In this document: positions 8,897-17,605 of the stretch, in pieces
Position numbering within the stretch: the stretch's first letter is position 1
How the letters are laid out: each line of letters opens with the position of its first letter
Assembly: GCA_036558285.1 (NCBI GenBank)
Contig: DATBFW010000135.1
Coordinates: 21,364 to 85,363 of the forward strand
Direction: 5' to 3'
DNA length: 64,000 bases
Source: Mycobacteriales bacterium
Lineage (GTDB): Bacteria > Actinomycetota > Actinomycetes > Mycobacteriales > CADCTP01
Program-made: the position numbers and the translations under genes
Notes under the pieces: model-generated
Told to the model about the DNA's origin: nothing
The model's input: only the letters and a program-made list of their open reading frames with translations
The model's database searches: none

Positions 8897-10582
8897 GTGC
8901 GCGTGGCCGAGCCCTGGTGGAAGAGCGCCGTCGTCTACCAGATCTACCCGCGCAGCTTCGCCGACGCGAACGGCGACGGGATCGGCGACCTGGCCGGGAT
9001 CGAGTCGAAGCTGGACTACCTGGTCGAGCTCGGCGTCGACGTGGTCTGGCTGTCCCCCGTCTACCGCTCGCCGTGGGCCGACGGCGGCTACGACATCAGC
9101 GACTACGAGGACGTCGACCCGAGCTTCGGCACGTTCGCCGACTTCGACCGGCTGCTGGCGAACCTGCACGAGCGCGGCCTCAAGCTGATCATGGACGTGG
9201 TCGTCAACCACACCTCGGACGAGCACCCGTGGTTCGTCGAGTCACGCTCGTCCCGGGACAACCCGCGCCGGAACTGGTACTGGTGGCGGCCGCCGCGGTT
9301 CGGCATGCAACCCGGCATGCCGGGGGCGGAGCCGACCAACTGGGCCTCGTTCTTCTCCGGCCCGGTCTGGGAGCTGGACGAGCGGACCGCCGAGTATTAC
9401 CTGCACCTGTTCGGCCGCAAGCAGCCCGACCTCAACTGGGAGAACCCCGAGGTCCGCCAGGCGGCGTACGCGATGATGCGCTGGTGGCTCGACCGGGGCG
9501 TCGACGGCTTCCGGATGGACGTCATCAACATGATCTCCAAGGACACCGCGCTGCCGGACGGCCCCGCGCTCGGCACCGCCCCGTACGGCGACGGGTCGGC
9601 GTACTTCATCGACGGCCCGCGGATCCACGAGTTCCTGCACGAGATGCACCAGGCCGTGCTGACCGACCCTGAGCTGCTCTCGGTCGGCGAGATGCCCGGG
9701 GTGACCGTCGACGAGGCCCGGCTGTTCACCGACCCGGCCCGGGCCGAGGTGGACATGGTGTTCCAGTTCGAGCACGTCGGGCTGGACCACACCGCGTCCA
9801 AGTGGGACATGCACCCGCTGGACCTGCGTGACCTGAAGACCAACTTCGGCCGGTGGCAGGCCGGCCTCGCCGACGTCGGCTGGAACAGCCTCTACTGGGA
9901 CAACCACGACCAGCCGCGGATCGTCTCCCGCTGGGGCGACGGCAGCCCGGTGTCGGCCAAAACGCTCGGCACGCTGCTGCACCTGCACCGCGGCACGCCG
10001 TACGTGTACCAGGGCGAGGAACTCGGCATGACGAACTACCCGTGGTCCGGGATCGGCCAGTTCCGCGACATCGAGTCGATCAATCACTACGCCGACGCGA
10101 TCGCCCGTGGCGCCGACCCGGACCTGGTGCTGGCCGGGCTACGCGAGGCCAGCCGCGACAACGCGCGCACGCCGATGCAGTGGGACACCTCGGCCAACGC
10201 CGGGTTCACGGCCGGCACGCCGTGGCTGCCCATCAACCCGAACTACACCGAGATCAACGCGGCCGCCCAGCGCGACGCCGCGGACTCGGTGCTCGCGCAC
10301 TACAAGCGGCTGATCGCGCTGCGGCGCGAGGAGCCGGCGGTCGCGCTCGGCGACTTCACCATGCTGCTGCCCGAGGACCGCCAGGTGTATGGGTTCACCC
10401 GCCGGCTGGAGTCGACCGAGCTGTTGGTGCTGTGCAACGTGTCCGGCTCGCCGGCCGACGTGGCGCTGCCCGAGCCGGCGCCGTGGGCTTCGGCCGAGCT
10501 GCTGCTCGGTACGCACGGCACGCCGGGGACGGGCACCCTGCAGCCGTGGGAGTCACGGGTGCTGCGGCGCGTCGTCGTCTGA
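8897..10582 (+). CDS. GH13 alpha-glucosidase / oligo-1,6-glucosidase family
   Basis: WWKSAVVYQIYPRSFADANGDGIGDLAGIESKLDYLVELGVDVVWLSPVY...IMDVVVNHTSDEHPWF...GFRMDVI...EMPG...YWDNHDQPR: the conserved GH13 regions. Confidence 0.9.
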   Translation: MRVAEPWWKSAVVYQIYPRSFADANGDGIGDLAGIESKLDYLVELGVDVVWLSPVYRSPWADGGYDISDYEDVDPSFGTFADFDRLLANLHERGLKLIMDVVVNHTSDEHPWFVESRSSRDNPRRNWYWWRPPRFGMQPGMPGAEPTNWASFFSGPVWELDERTAEYYLHLFGRKQPDLNWENPEVRQAAYAMMRWWLDRGVDGFRMDVINMISKDTALPDGPALGTAPYGDGSAYFIDGPRIHEFLHEMHQAVLTDPELLSVGEMPGVTVDEARLFTDPARAEVDMVFQFEHVGLDHTASKWDMHPLDLRDLKTNFGRWQAGLADVGWNSLYWDNHDQPRIVSRWGDGSPVSAKTLGTLLHLHRGTPYVYQGEELGMTNYPWSGIGQFRDIESINHYADAIARGADPDLVLAGLREASRDNARTPMQWDTSANAGFTAGTPWLPINPNYTEINAAAQRDAADSVLAHYKRLIALRREEPAVALGDFTMLLPEDRQVYGFTRRLESTELLVLCNVSGSPADVALPEPAPWASAELLLGTHGTPGTGTLQPWESRVLRRVVV

Positions 10583-11719
10583 CCGCAGGTCGCCGCGCGA
10601 CGGCAGGCCGCCGCGCGAGGGCAGGTCGCCGCCCGGCGGCAGGTCGTCGTCGGACTCCAGGTCGTCGTCCTCGTCCCGGGTCCGCTTGACCAGCTGCTGC
10701 CAGCTGTCCGGCAGCCGCAACGACTCCGCCCGCAGCGACAGGTACGCCAGCCCGGCGGCCGGGATCGGCATCCAGAAGTTCACCAGCCGGTACGACACGA
10801 CGCCAAGCAGCGCAACGCTGCGGGGGGCGCCGAACCCGACGATCGTCGGCACCAGCACGCCCTCGACCAGGCCGAGCCCGCCCGGCGTCACCGGCAGCGC
10901 GGCGACCACGTTGGCCAGCCCGAACGAGACGATCAGCCCGTCCAACCCGAGCCGGTAGCCGTACGCGGCGATGAACACCCACAGCGCCGCCGCGTCGAGC
11001 AGCCAGTTCAGCGTGGCCCAGAGCACGGCCTGGACGAGCATCCGGCGGTCCTTGGCCAGCTCGCGCAGCCGGGCGGCCGCGGTGCGGACGTACCGCTCCA
11101 CCGTGTCCTCGGTGACGTACGGGATCCGCCGGGCAACCGCTCGGACGAAGCGCACCGACGACTCCTGGCCGCGGGTGAGCAGGATGACCGCGATCACCCC
11201 GCTCGCGACCAGGAACGCACCGACGATCGCCGCGGTCGTATACAGCGGGTCGAACCCGCGCGCCGGGATCGACGCGACCAGGCCGATCCAGAGCAGCACG
11301 TTGAGCACGATCGCCGACCCGACGCCCTGCACCGCCGCGCCGAGCGCCGCGTCCGGCCCGGCCACTCCGTGGACGTGCAGCAGCCGGAACCGGACGGCGC
11401 TGGCCGTGGCCGCGCCGCCCGGCACGATGTGGCTGACCCCGAGCGTCGTGGTGTCGATCCGCAGCAGCGTCCAGAGGCCCGGGCGCCCTTTGGCTGGCAG
11501 CACCGACCGGGTCAGCGCCGCGTACGCGACCACCGAGAGGATCTCCAGCGCCGTACCGATGACCAGGTACGCCGGCTTCACGTCGCTGAGCGTGTGCAGC
11601 GCGTTGCGGGCACCGGCGATCTGCGGGATCACCAGGTATTCGATCGCGAACACGAAGGCGGCAAGGCCTGCGCCCCACCGCAGCCAGCGAGGGAGCCGGA
11701 ACCGCCGCGCCCCGCTCAC
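10553..11719 (-). CDS. lysylphosphatidylglycerol-synthase-TM-like (UPF0104) integral membrane protein
   Basis: Multi-pass membrane protein (LRWGAGLAAFVFAIEYLVIPQI...LGVSHIVPGGAATASAVRFRLL...) resembling the flippase-like LPG_synthase_TM family. The acidic C-terminus is encoded by an 18-bp x4 repeat. Its 3' end overlaps the glucosidase 3' end by 30 bp. Confidence 0.65.
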   Translation of the reverse strand: MSGARRFRLPRWLRWGAGLAAFVFAIEYLVIPQIAGARNALHTLSDVKPAYLVIGTALEILSVVAYAALTRSVLPAKGRPGLWTLLRIDTTTLGVSHIVPGGAATASAVRFRLLHVHGVAGPDAALGAAVQGVGSAIVLNVLLWIGLVASIPARGFDPLYTTAAIVGAFLVASGVIAVILLTRGQESSVRFVRAVARRIPYVTEDTVERYVRTAAARLRELAKDRRMLVQAVLWATLNWLLDAAALWVFIAAYGYRLGLDGLIVSFGLANVVAALPVTPGGLGLVEGVLVPTIVGFGAPRSVALLGVVSYRLVNFWMPIPAAGLAYLSLRAESLRLPDSWQQLVKRTRDEDDDLESDDDLPPGGDLPSRGGLPSRGDLRSDDDAPQHP

Positions 11720-11794
11720 CCCTGGATCGTAGGCACTCCCCCGCGCGTGCTACGGGTCGTAGTCTGGTGATCCCTTCTCGGTCAGGAGGTCGGC

Positions 11795-12229
11795 GTGCTC
11801 GTCAGTGACCTGATCAAGCGCAAGGGCGACGCGGTGACCAAAGCATCGCCCGAGACCACCGTCGCCACGCTGCTCGACCTGCTGGCCGAGCACCGCATCG
11901 GCGCGGTCGTCGTCTCGGCCGATGGCGGGGTCGACGGGATCGTCTCCGAGCGGGACGTGGTCCGGGCCCTGCGCACCGCCGGGGCCGCCCTGCTCGATGC
12001 GCCGATCTCGACCGTGATGACCTCGGACGTCGTGGTCACCGGCCCTGGCGACACGGTCGAGGACATGATGCGGCTGATGACCGACCGGCGGATCCGGCAC
12101 GTGCCGGTGGTCACCCACGACGGCCGACTGGCCGGGATCATCAGCATCGGCGACGTCGTGAAGAGCCGCATCGACGAGCTCGAGGCCGACCGGGACCAGT
12201 TGATCGGCTACATCCAGTCCGGTCGCTGA
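11795..12229 (+). CDS. CBS-pair domain protein
   Basis: 144 aa with two CBS motifs (HRIGAVVVSADGGVDGIVSERDVVRAL ; RRIRHVPVVTHDGRLAGIISIGDVVK). AGGAGG lies upstream of GTG 11795. Confidence 0.85.
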   Translation: MLVSDLIKRKGDAVTKASPETTVATLLDLLAEHRIGAVVVSADGGVDGIVSERDVVRALRTAGAALLDAPISTVMTSDVVVTGPGDTVEDMMRLMTDRRIRHVPVVTHDGRLAGIISIGDVVKSRIDELEADRDQLIGYIQSGR

Positions 12230-12263
12230 CGGCTCCGGCCGGTGGCCGGGTTACGGTCGCGCC

Positions 12264-13001
12264 GTGATCGGGATCGTGCATCCGGGGTCGATGGGCGCGG
12301 CGATCGGGAGCGTGCTGCTGGCGCGCGGGATCGAGGTCGGCTGGGCCTCGGCGGGGCGCAGCGACGCGACCAGGGCCCGGGCGGAGGAGTTCACCGACCT
12401 CGGCACGGTGGACCGACTGCGGGACGCCTGCGAGGTGGTCGTGTCGGTCTGCCCGCCGCACGCTGCGCTCGACGTCGCGTCCGCGTTCGCCGGCTACCGG
12501 GGCCTGTACGTGGACGCGAACGCGGTGAGCCCGGCGACGGCGGCGCGAGTGCGGGAGATCGTCGGCGAGCGGTTCGTGGACGGCGGCATCATCGGCCCGC
12601 CGCCGCACCGGGCCGACACGACCCGGCTCTACCTGTCCGGGTCGGACGCGGCGGTGGTGGCGGCGCTGTTCGCCGGCACGGACCTGTCGGCACGGATCGT
12701 GCCGGACGCGTCCGCGCTGAAGATGACGTACGCGGCCTGGACCAAGGGCACCACCGCGCTGCTGGTCGCCATCCGCGCCACCGCGCGCGAGCTCGGGGTC
12801 GAGGACGAGCTGCTCACCGAGTGGACGCTGAGCCTGCCCGGGTTGCCGACCCGGTCGCAGCAGGCGGCCCGCATCGGGGCCGAGCGGGGCTGGCGTTGGT
12901 CGTACGAGCTGGAGGAGGTCGGCCGGACGTTCGCGGCTGCCGGGCAGCCGGACGGGTTCGGCGCGGCCGCCGCGGAGGTGTTCGGGCGGATGGCGCGGTG
13001 A
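12264..13001 (+). CDS. NAD(P)-binding oxidoreductase-like protein (DUF1932-type)
   Basis: N-terminal Rossmann-like IGIVHPGSMGAAIGSVLLARG. Overall resemblance to the 6-phosphogluconate-dehydrogenase-like NAD-binding/DUF1932 family. Confidence 0.6.
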   Translation: MIGIVHPGSMGAAIGSVLLARGIEVGWASAGRSDATRARAEEFTDLGTVDRLRDACEVVVSVCPPHAALDVASAFAGYRGLYVDANAVSPATAARVREIVGERFVDGGIIGPPPHRADTTRLYLSGSDAAVVAALFAGTDLSARIVPDASALKMTYAAWTKGTTALLVAIRATARELGVEDELLTEWTLSLPGLPTRSQQAARIGAERGWRWSYELEEVGRTFAAAGQPDGFGAAAAEVFGRMAR

Positions 13002-13030
13002 GGCGGTCTGCGCCGATTTCAGGCTGATTA

Positions 13031-13074
13031 CCAGCGCGGTCGCCGGTGGTGGGTCGGCACGGCGACCGCGCTGG
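13031..13074 (+). terminator. GC-rich hairpin downstream of 12264-13001
   Basis: Perfect 14-bp inverted repeat CCAGCGCGGTCGCC / GGCGACCGCGCTGG with a 16-nt loop, 30 nt after the stop. No U-tract. Confidence 0.45.
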
Positions 13075-13131
13075 CGTTGGGGACCCGCAGAGGGTCACGC
13101 TGTGAACGATCCGTCCGGAGCGTGAGCAGTC

Positions 13132-13197
13132 GATGAGAGCCCGCTGGGCGAACGATGAGAGTCCGCTGAGTAATTGATGGGAGCGCGCTGAGCGATC
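13132..13197. repeat. 22-bp direct repeat x3 upstream of VOC gene
   Basis: GATGAGAGCCCGCTGGGCGAAC / GATGAGAGTCCGCTGAGTAATT / GATGGGAGCGCGCTGAGCGATC, head to tail, 16/22 identity between neighbours. Lower-GC intergenic DNA ending 39 bp before ATG 13236. Confidence 0.6.
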
Positions 13198-13235
13198 GCT
13201 GTGAGGCCGCGGCTGGGATGCCCTAGCCTCCCGAG

Positions 13236-13643
13236 ATGGACTGGACGCTCGAAGTGGTGTGCGTGCCGGTGTCCGATGTGGACCGGGCCATCGGGTTCTA
13301 CGGGCAGAAGATGGGGTTCGCGCTCGACCACGACACCGCGGTCGGGTCGGCCCGGATCGCGCAGCTGACCCCGCGCGGGTCGGGCTGCTCGATCGTGCTC
13401 GGCACTGCCGACATGGCGCCGGGCTCGCTGCGCGGGCTGCAGCTGGTGGTGCGGGACGTCCGCGCCGCCCGGGCCGAGCTGGCCGGCCGCGGCGTCGAGA
13501 TCAGCGAGGTGCAGGTCTACGGCCGCGACGGGACGCTCCGGCCGGCCCGCGACGACGACGCCCTCAACAACGTCGGCTTCGCCTTCTTCGCCGACCCCGA
13601 CGGCAACACCTGGTCCCTCCAACAAATAGACGCCCGCTCCTAG
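13236..13643 (+). CDS. VOC-family (glyoxalase/bleomycin-resistance/dioxygenase fold) protein
   Basis: 135 aa, MDWTLEVVCVPVSDVDRAIGFYGQKMGF...FFADPDGNTWSLQQ, a typical VOC pattern. Confidence 0.85.
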   Translation: MDWTLEVVCVPVSDVDRAIGFYGQKMGFALDHDTAVGSARIAQLTPRGSGCSIVLGTADMAPGSLRGLQLVVRDVRAARAELAGRGVEISEVQVYGRDGTLRPARDDDALNNVGFAFFADPDGNTWSLQQIDARS

Positions 13644-13722
13644 GGGCCGAGGTCAGCTCAGGCGGTGGAAGAGATGTTGCCGGCGCGGAAGCCGATCGGA
13701 CGGCCCAGGTCCGCATACCCCC

Positions 13723-15327
13723 ATGATCCCGACCGCCGGCCCGGGCCGGTTCGGCCGGGCCCCACTCGGGCGGCGGATGTGTCACGGTGATGCGGTGTTC
13801 CGCACGCTCGCTGTGCTCGCCGGCCTGTCGCTCGCCACCGATCTCGGCACGGGTGCCCCGCTCGAGGAGTCGCTCAAGCGGTGCGTGGTGGCGACCCGGC
13901 TCGCGCGGGCTGCGGGTTGCGCGGACGCCGAGGTCGGCGACGTCCTCTACACCGCACTTCTCCAGCACCTCGGATGCACGGCATACTCGCACGAGGCCGC
14001 CCGCGCCTGGGGCGACGACGTGGTCGCGACGCGGCTGGCGTTCCTGACCGACTTCTCGGACCCGAAGGACGTGTTGCGCACGTTCGTTTCGGGGGTCGCG
14101 GCCGCGACCGGGAGGTCCAGGCCTGGGGTGCTGGCGACCACCGTCACGACGGGCAGGCACTTCTCCACCGAGGGACCCGGGGCGACGTGCGAGGTGGCCC
14201 GTGACGCGGCCCGGCAGCTCGGCCTGCCCGCGTCCGTGCAGAACGGCCTGTTCCACGGGATGGCGATGTGGAACGGCAAGGGTGTGCCTGCCGCGGCCGG
14301 ACCGGCCATCCCGTTGAGCTGTCGGATCATGCATGTCGCGGCCACTGCCGTGCTGTTCGCCGGCCACGCAGGCTCGGACGCGGCCGTCTCCGAGGTACGC
14401 CGGCGCGCGGGCAGCTACCTCGACCCCGACCTTGCCGGCGCCTTCGCGGATCGGGCCGGGGAGCTCCTGGCGGACCTCGACCACATCGACGCCTACGAGT
14501 GCGTGCTCGGATCGGAACCCGACCCGGTACGGCTCGTCGACGACGCGGAGTCCGAGGCGTTGGCCCGCACGTTCGGCCACCTCGTCGACCTGAAGAGCCC
14601 TTTCCTGCACGGCCACTCCGCCGGTGTGGGTGACCTAGCCGCCGCGGGCGCACAGAAGCTGGGGCTGCACGAGCAGATCCGGACCGTACGCATCGCAGGC
14701 TACCTGCACGACATCGGACGGGTCGGCGTCTCCAGCCGTATCTGGGACAAGCCGGCGCCGCTGAGCGTCGCCGAGCGCGACCAAGCCCGGCTGCATCCGT
14801 ACTACAGCGAGCGGGTCCTCTCCCGGATCCCCCAGCTGACCGAGGTGGCGATGCTTGCCGGGCAGCATCACGAACGCTGCGACGGCAGCGGCTACCATCG
14901 CGGAGCGATGGCCGCGCAGCTGTCCATCGCCTCGCGCGTACTCGCCGCCGCCGACGCCTACCGGACTCTGGTCGAGGGCCGACCGCACCGGCCGGCGCTG
15001 TCGACGGAGCAGGCGGCCGGACGGCTGCAGGCCGAGGCCAGGGCCGGCCGCCTCGACGGGGAGGCGATCGCGGGCGTGCTGCGCGCAGCCGGCCACGCGA
15101 GCGGAACACGGGGTCGCCGTCCGTCCGGCCTGACGCGGCGGCAGGTCCAGGTGCTGCGCCTGATGGCGGAAGGCCTGTCGAACCGAGACATCGCGCGGCG
15201 GCTGGTGATCTCGCCCCGTACGGCTGAGCACCACGTCCAGGACATCTACCTGAAGATCGGTGCCACCTCCCGCGCCGCGGCCGCGCTCTACGGGATGGAG
15301 CATGGGCTGCTCGACAAACCTGGGTAG
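13723..15327 (+). CDS. HD/HD-GYP-type phosphohydrolase domains fused to LuxR-type HTH
   Basis: C-terminal half has HSAGV...YLHDIGRVGV...HHERCDGSGYHRG (HD-GYP-like, GYP replaced by GYH). The N-terminal half looks like a degenerate second HD domain. The last ~65 aa, LTRRQVQVLRLMAEGLSNRDIARRLVISPRTAEHHVQDIYLKIG, are a LuxR/GerE HTH. Start uncertain (13723 or ATG 13777). Confidence 0.8.
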   Translation: MIPTAGPGRFGRAPLGRRMCHGDAVFRTLAVLAGLSLATDLGTGAPLEESLKRCVVATRLARAAGCADAEVGDVLYTALLQHLGCTAYSHEAARAWGDDVVATRLAFLTDFSDPKDVLRTFVSGVAAATGRSRPGVLATTVTTGRHFSTEGPGATCEVARDAARQLGLPASVQNGLFHGMAMWNGKGVPAAAGPAIPLSCRIMHVAATAVLFAGHAGSDAAVSEVRRRAGSYLDPDLAGAFADRAGELLADLDHIDAYECVLGSEPDPVRLVDDAESEALARTFGHLVDLKSPFLHGHSAGVGDLAAAGAQKLGLHEQIRTVRIAGYLHDIGRVGVSSRIWDKPAPLSVAERDQARLHPYYSERVLSRIPQLTEVAMLAGQHHERCDGSGYHRGAMAAQLSIASRVLAAADAYRTLVEGRPHRPALSTEQAAGRLQAEARAGRLDGEAIAGVLRAAGHASGTRGRRPSGLTRRQVQVLRLMAEGLSNRDIARRLVISPRTAEHHVQDIYLKIGATSRAAAALYGMEHGLLDKPG

Positions 15328-15370
15328 GTCAACCCATGTCCCGGCGCCGGCGGAAGCCGACGCTCGCGGC

Positions 15371-16594
15371 ATGACCAGACAGACGGCACCCGCCTCCCCG
15401 ACCGGCTCCGCACCCGAGCGGCTCGTCACTCCCGCGTTCGTGCGGCTGGCGATGGCCGATCTCGCCTACTTCACTGCGGCGGGGGTCGCGGTCTACACGC
15501 TCCCGTTCTACGTCACCGGTCCGGTGGGATCGGATGTGTCGGGCGCCGGACTGGCGTTCGGGGCATTCGCGGTCACCGCGCTGGTGCTGCGCCCGTTCGC
15601 CGGGCGGCTGTCCGACACCGTGGGACGCCGGCCGCTGCTTCTCGGTGGCGCCCTGCTGTGCGCGGTTGCCCTGCTCATCACCGCCGTCGTGCAGTCCTTT
15701 GCCCTGGTCGTCGTGCTCCGGCTCACGCTCGGTATCGCTGAGGCCGCGTTCTTCGTCGCGTCCTTCGCCGCCGTCGCCGACCTCGCGCCCGCCAGCCGCC
15801 TGGGCGAGGCGCTCAGCTACAACTCGCTCGGCCTGTACCTCGGCCTCTCGTTGGGCCCGCCTCTCGGAGAGCTCCTGGTCCGGACCGTTGGCTTCACCGC
15901 CGCCTGGTCGGCCGCGGCGACCCTGGCGTCGCTCGCCGCCGTGGTCGTGTGGGGCATGGGCGAGACCGGGATCCGCCGGTCGGAAGCGCACCCGCCGGCC
16001 CGCCTCATCCACCGGAAGGCGCTGCCGGCCTCGCTCGGGTTCTTCACGTCGGTGCTGGCCATGGGCGGATTCCTCGCCTTCGCAGCGCTCCGGGCCGACG
16101 CCGTGGGCCTGGCAAGCACGAGCATGCCGCTGTTCGCTTACGGCAGCATCGTCGTGGTCGGCCGCATCGTGTTCGCCAAGATCCCGGACCGGCTGCCGTC
16201 CCTTCCGTTGGGCGCCGCGGCTCTGGCAGTCATCGCCTCCGGCATGACTGTCATCGCTGTCTGCGGCACCGCGGCCGGACTGATCACCGGGACGGCGTTG
16301 CTGGCCCTCGGCGTCACGTTCAGCACCCCGGCGTTCTTCGCCGCGGTCTTCGCGACGGCGGCCCCCGGGGAGTACGGAGCCGCGTCCGGGACCGTCAGTG
16401 CCTTCCTCGACCTTGGCCTCGGTGGTGGTCCCATCCTGCTGGGTCTGATCGCCGCGAGCGCCGGACTCCCGTGGACCTTCACCGTGGCCGCCGCGGTCGC
16501 GCTCGCCGGCAGCCTCTGGACCCTCTCCCTCGCCCGGCCCACGGTTGCGTGCTCTAGCCGTGCCCCGAGGGCGCCCTGGCGTCGGTGGCGTTGA
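15371..16594 (+). CDS. MFS transporter
   Basis: About 12 predicted TM segments. MFS loop motif FAGRLSDTVGRRPLLL between TM2 and TM3. ATG 15371 chosen. Confidence 0.8.
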   Translation: MTRQTAPASPTGSAPERLVTPAFVRLAMADLAYFTAAGVAVYTLPFYVTGPVGSDVSGAGLAFGAFAVTALVLRPFAGRLSDTVGRRPLLLGGALLCAVALLITAVVQSFALVVVLRLTLGIAEAAFFVASFAAVADLAPASRLGEALSYNSLGLYLGLSLGPPLGELLVRTVGFTAAWSAAATLASLAAVVVWGMGETGIRRSEAHPPARLIHRKALPASLGFFTSVLAMGGFLAFAALRADAVGLASTSMPLFAYGSIVVVGRIVFAKIPDRLPSLPLGAAALAVIASGMTVIAVCGTAAGLITGTALLALGVTFSTPAFFAAVFATAAPGEYGAASGTVSAFLDLGLGGGPILLGLIAASAGLPWTFTVAAAVALAGSLWTLSLARPTVACSSRAPRAPWRRWR

Positions 16595-16944
16595 GTGCGC
16601 ACCGGCGGCCGCGCTGCTGCGTCCCCCTGACAACCAACCAGCGGGTGGTCGGCGTCGACGGGTCAAGAGCGAGCGGAACGCAGTTCGGGCAGCCACGCCG
16701 CGATCTCGTCCTGGAACGGCAGGGTGACGCCCCAGAAGGCAGAGCACGCCAGCGTTGGGAGGTCATCCATGACCAGCATCGTCACACTCGCACCTGCGTG
16801 GGACGGCAGACCATCGGCAAGTACTGTCCTGGCCGCCGGCTTCGTCGGTGGGTGTCCTCCCGGACCCGACGAGGCGAGCTGGTGAACCAGGTGCACCGTC
16901 GGGCGGGGCTTCTGCCCGGGTGGCTCGTGGGCAACACTGAGGGC

Positions 16945-17535
16945 ATGTACATAGATGCGGTGCCCGAGGATGCGGCCACGGGCTCGCTGGCTGAGTACTA
17001 CGTGCAGCAACGATCGGCGTGGGGATTCCTGCCCAACTATGCGGCTGCGTTCTCCACCCGCCCGGACGTCGCGCAGGCCTGGAGCACGCTCAACAGCACG
17101 ATCCGCGACGGCATGGACCGGCGCCGGTTCGAGATCGCGACGATCGCCGCGGCCCGTGTGCTGCGTTCGTCGTACTGCACTGCCGCGCATTCGAAGTTCC
17201 TGCGCGACGTATGCGGTGACGAGGAGGCGATGCGCTCGATCGCGCAGGACCCGAGCGGCGCGGGGCTGGATCGGCAGGACCGCGCGGTGTTCGAGTTCGC
17301 CGGCAAGATCGCCGCGGACGCGGCAGCGGTCGAGCAGTCGGACATCGATCGGCTGCGATCCGTCGGTCTGTCCGACGCCGACATCGCCGACGTCGTGTTC
17401 GCCGTCGCCGCCCGCTCGTTCTTCACGCGGGTGTTGGACGGTCTCGGTGCTCAGCTCGACTCGCAGACCGCCGATGCGTTCCCGCCCGACCTGCGCCCGT
17501 CGATGATCGTGGGGCGCGAAGCCGCCGGACCGTAG
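16945..17535 (+). CDS. carboxymuconolactone decarboxylase (AhpD-like) family / peroxidase-related protein
   Basis: MYIDAVPEDAATGSLAEYYVQQRSAWGFLPNYAAAFSTRPDV...SSYCTAAHSKFL, typical of CMD-family peroxidase-related enzymes. Confidence 0.75.
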   Translation: MYIDAVPEDAATGSLAEYYVQQRSAWGFLPNYAAAFSTRPDVAQAWSTLNSTIRDGMDRRRFEIATIAAARVLRSSYCTAAHSKFLRDVCGDEEAMRSIAQDPSGAGLDRQDRAVFEFAGKIAADAAAVEQSDIDRLRSVGLSDADIADVVFAVAARSFFTRVLDGLGAQLDSQTADAFPPDLRPSMIVGREAAGP

Positions 17536-17536
17536 C

Positions 17537-17557
17537 GGTCCCGGCGGGCCCGGGACC
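17537..17557. terminator. hairpin between convergent CMD-like gene and ychF
   Basis: GGTCCCGG-CGGGC-CCGGGACC, an 8-bp GC-rich stem immediately after the 17535 stop. Confidence 0.4.
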
Positions 17558-17605
17558 GACCACGCAGGCCGATGGCTCGTCCGCGGTGGAGCAAGCCGGC
17601 CAAGG

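Noticed and set aside
16663-16782. Possible gene remnant on the minus strand (…MLVMDDLPTLACSAFWGVTLPFQDEIAAWLPELRSARS*) in the 350-bp lower-GC gap between the MFS gene and the CMD-like gene.
   Set aside because: Only about 38 aa look protein-like, and I cannot assign a family. The upstream part of the ORF is antisense to the CMD-like gene. It could be a pseudogene fragment, but that cannot be supported without a database search.
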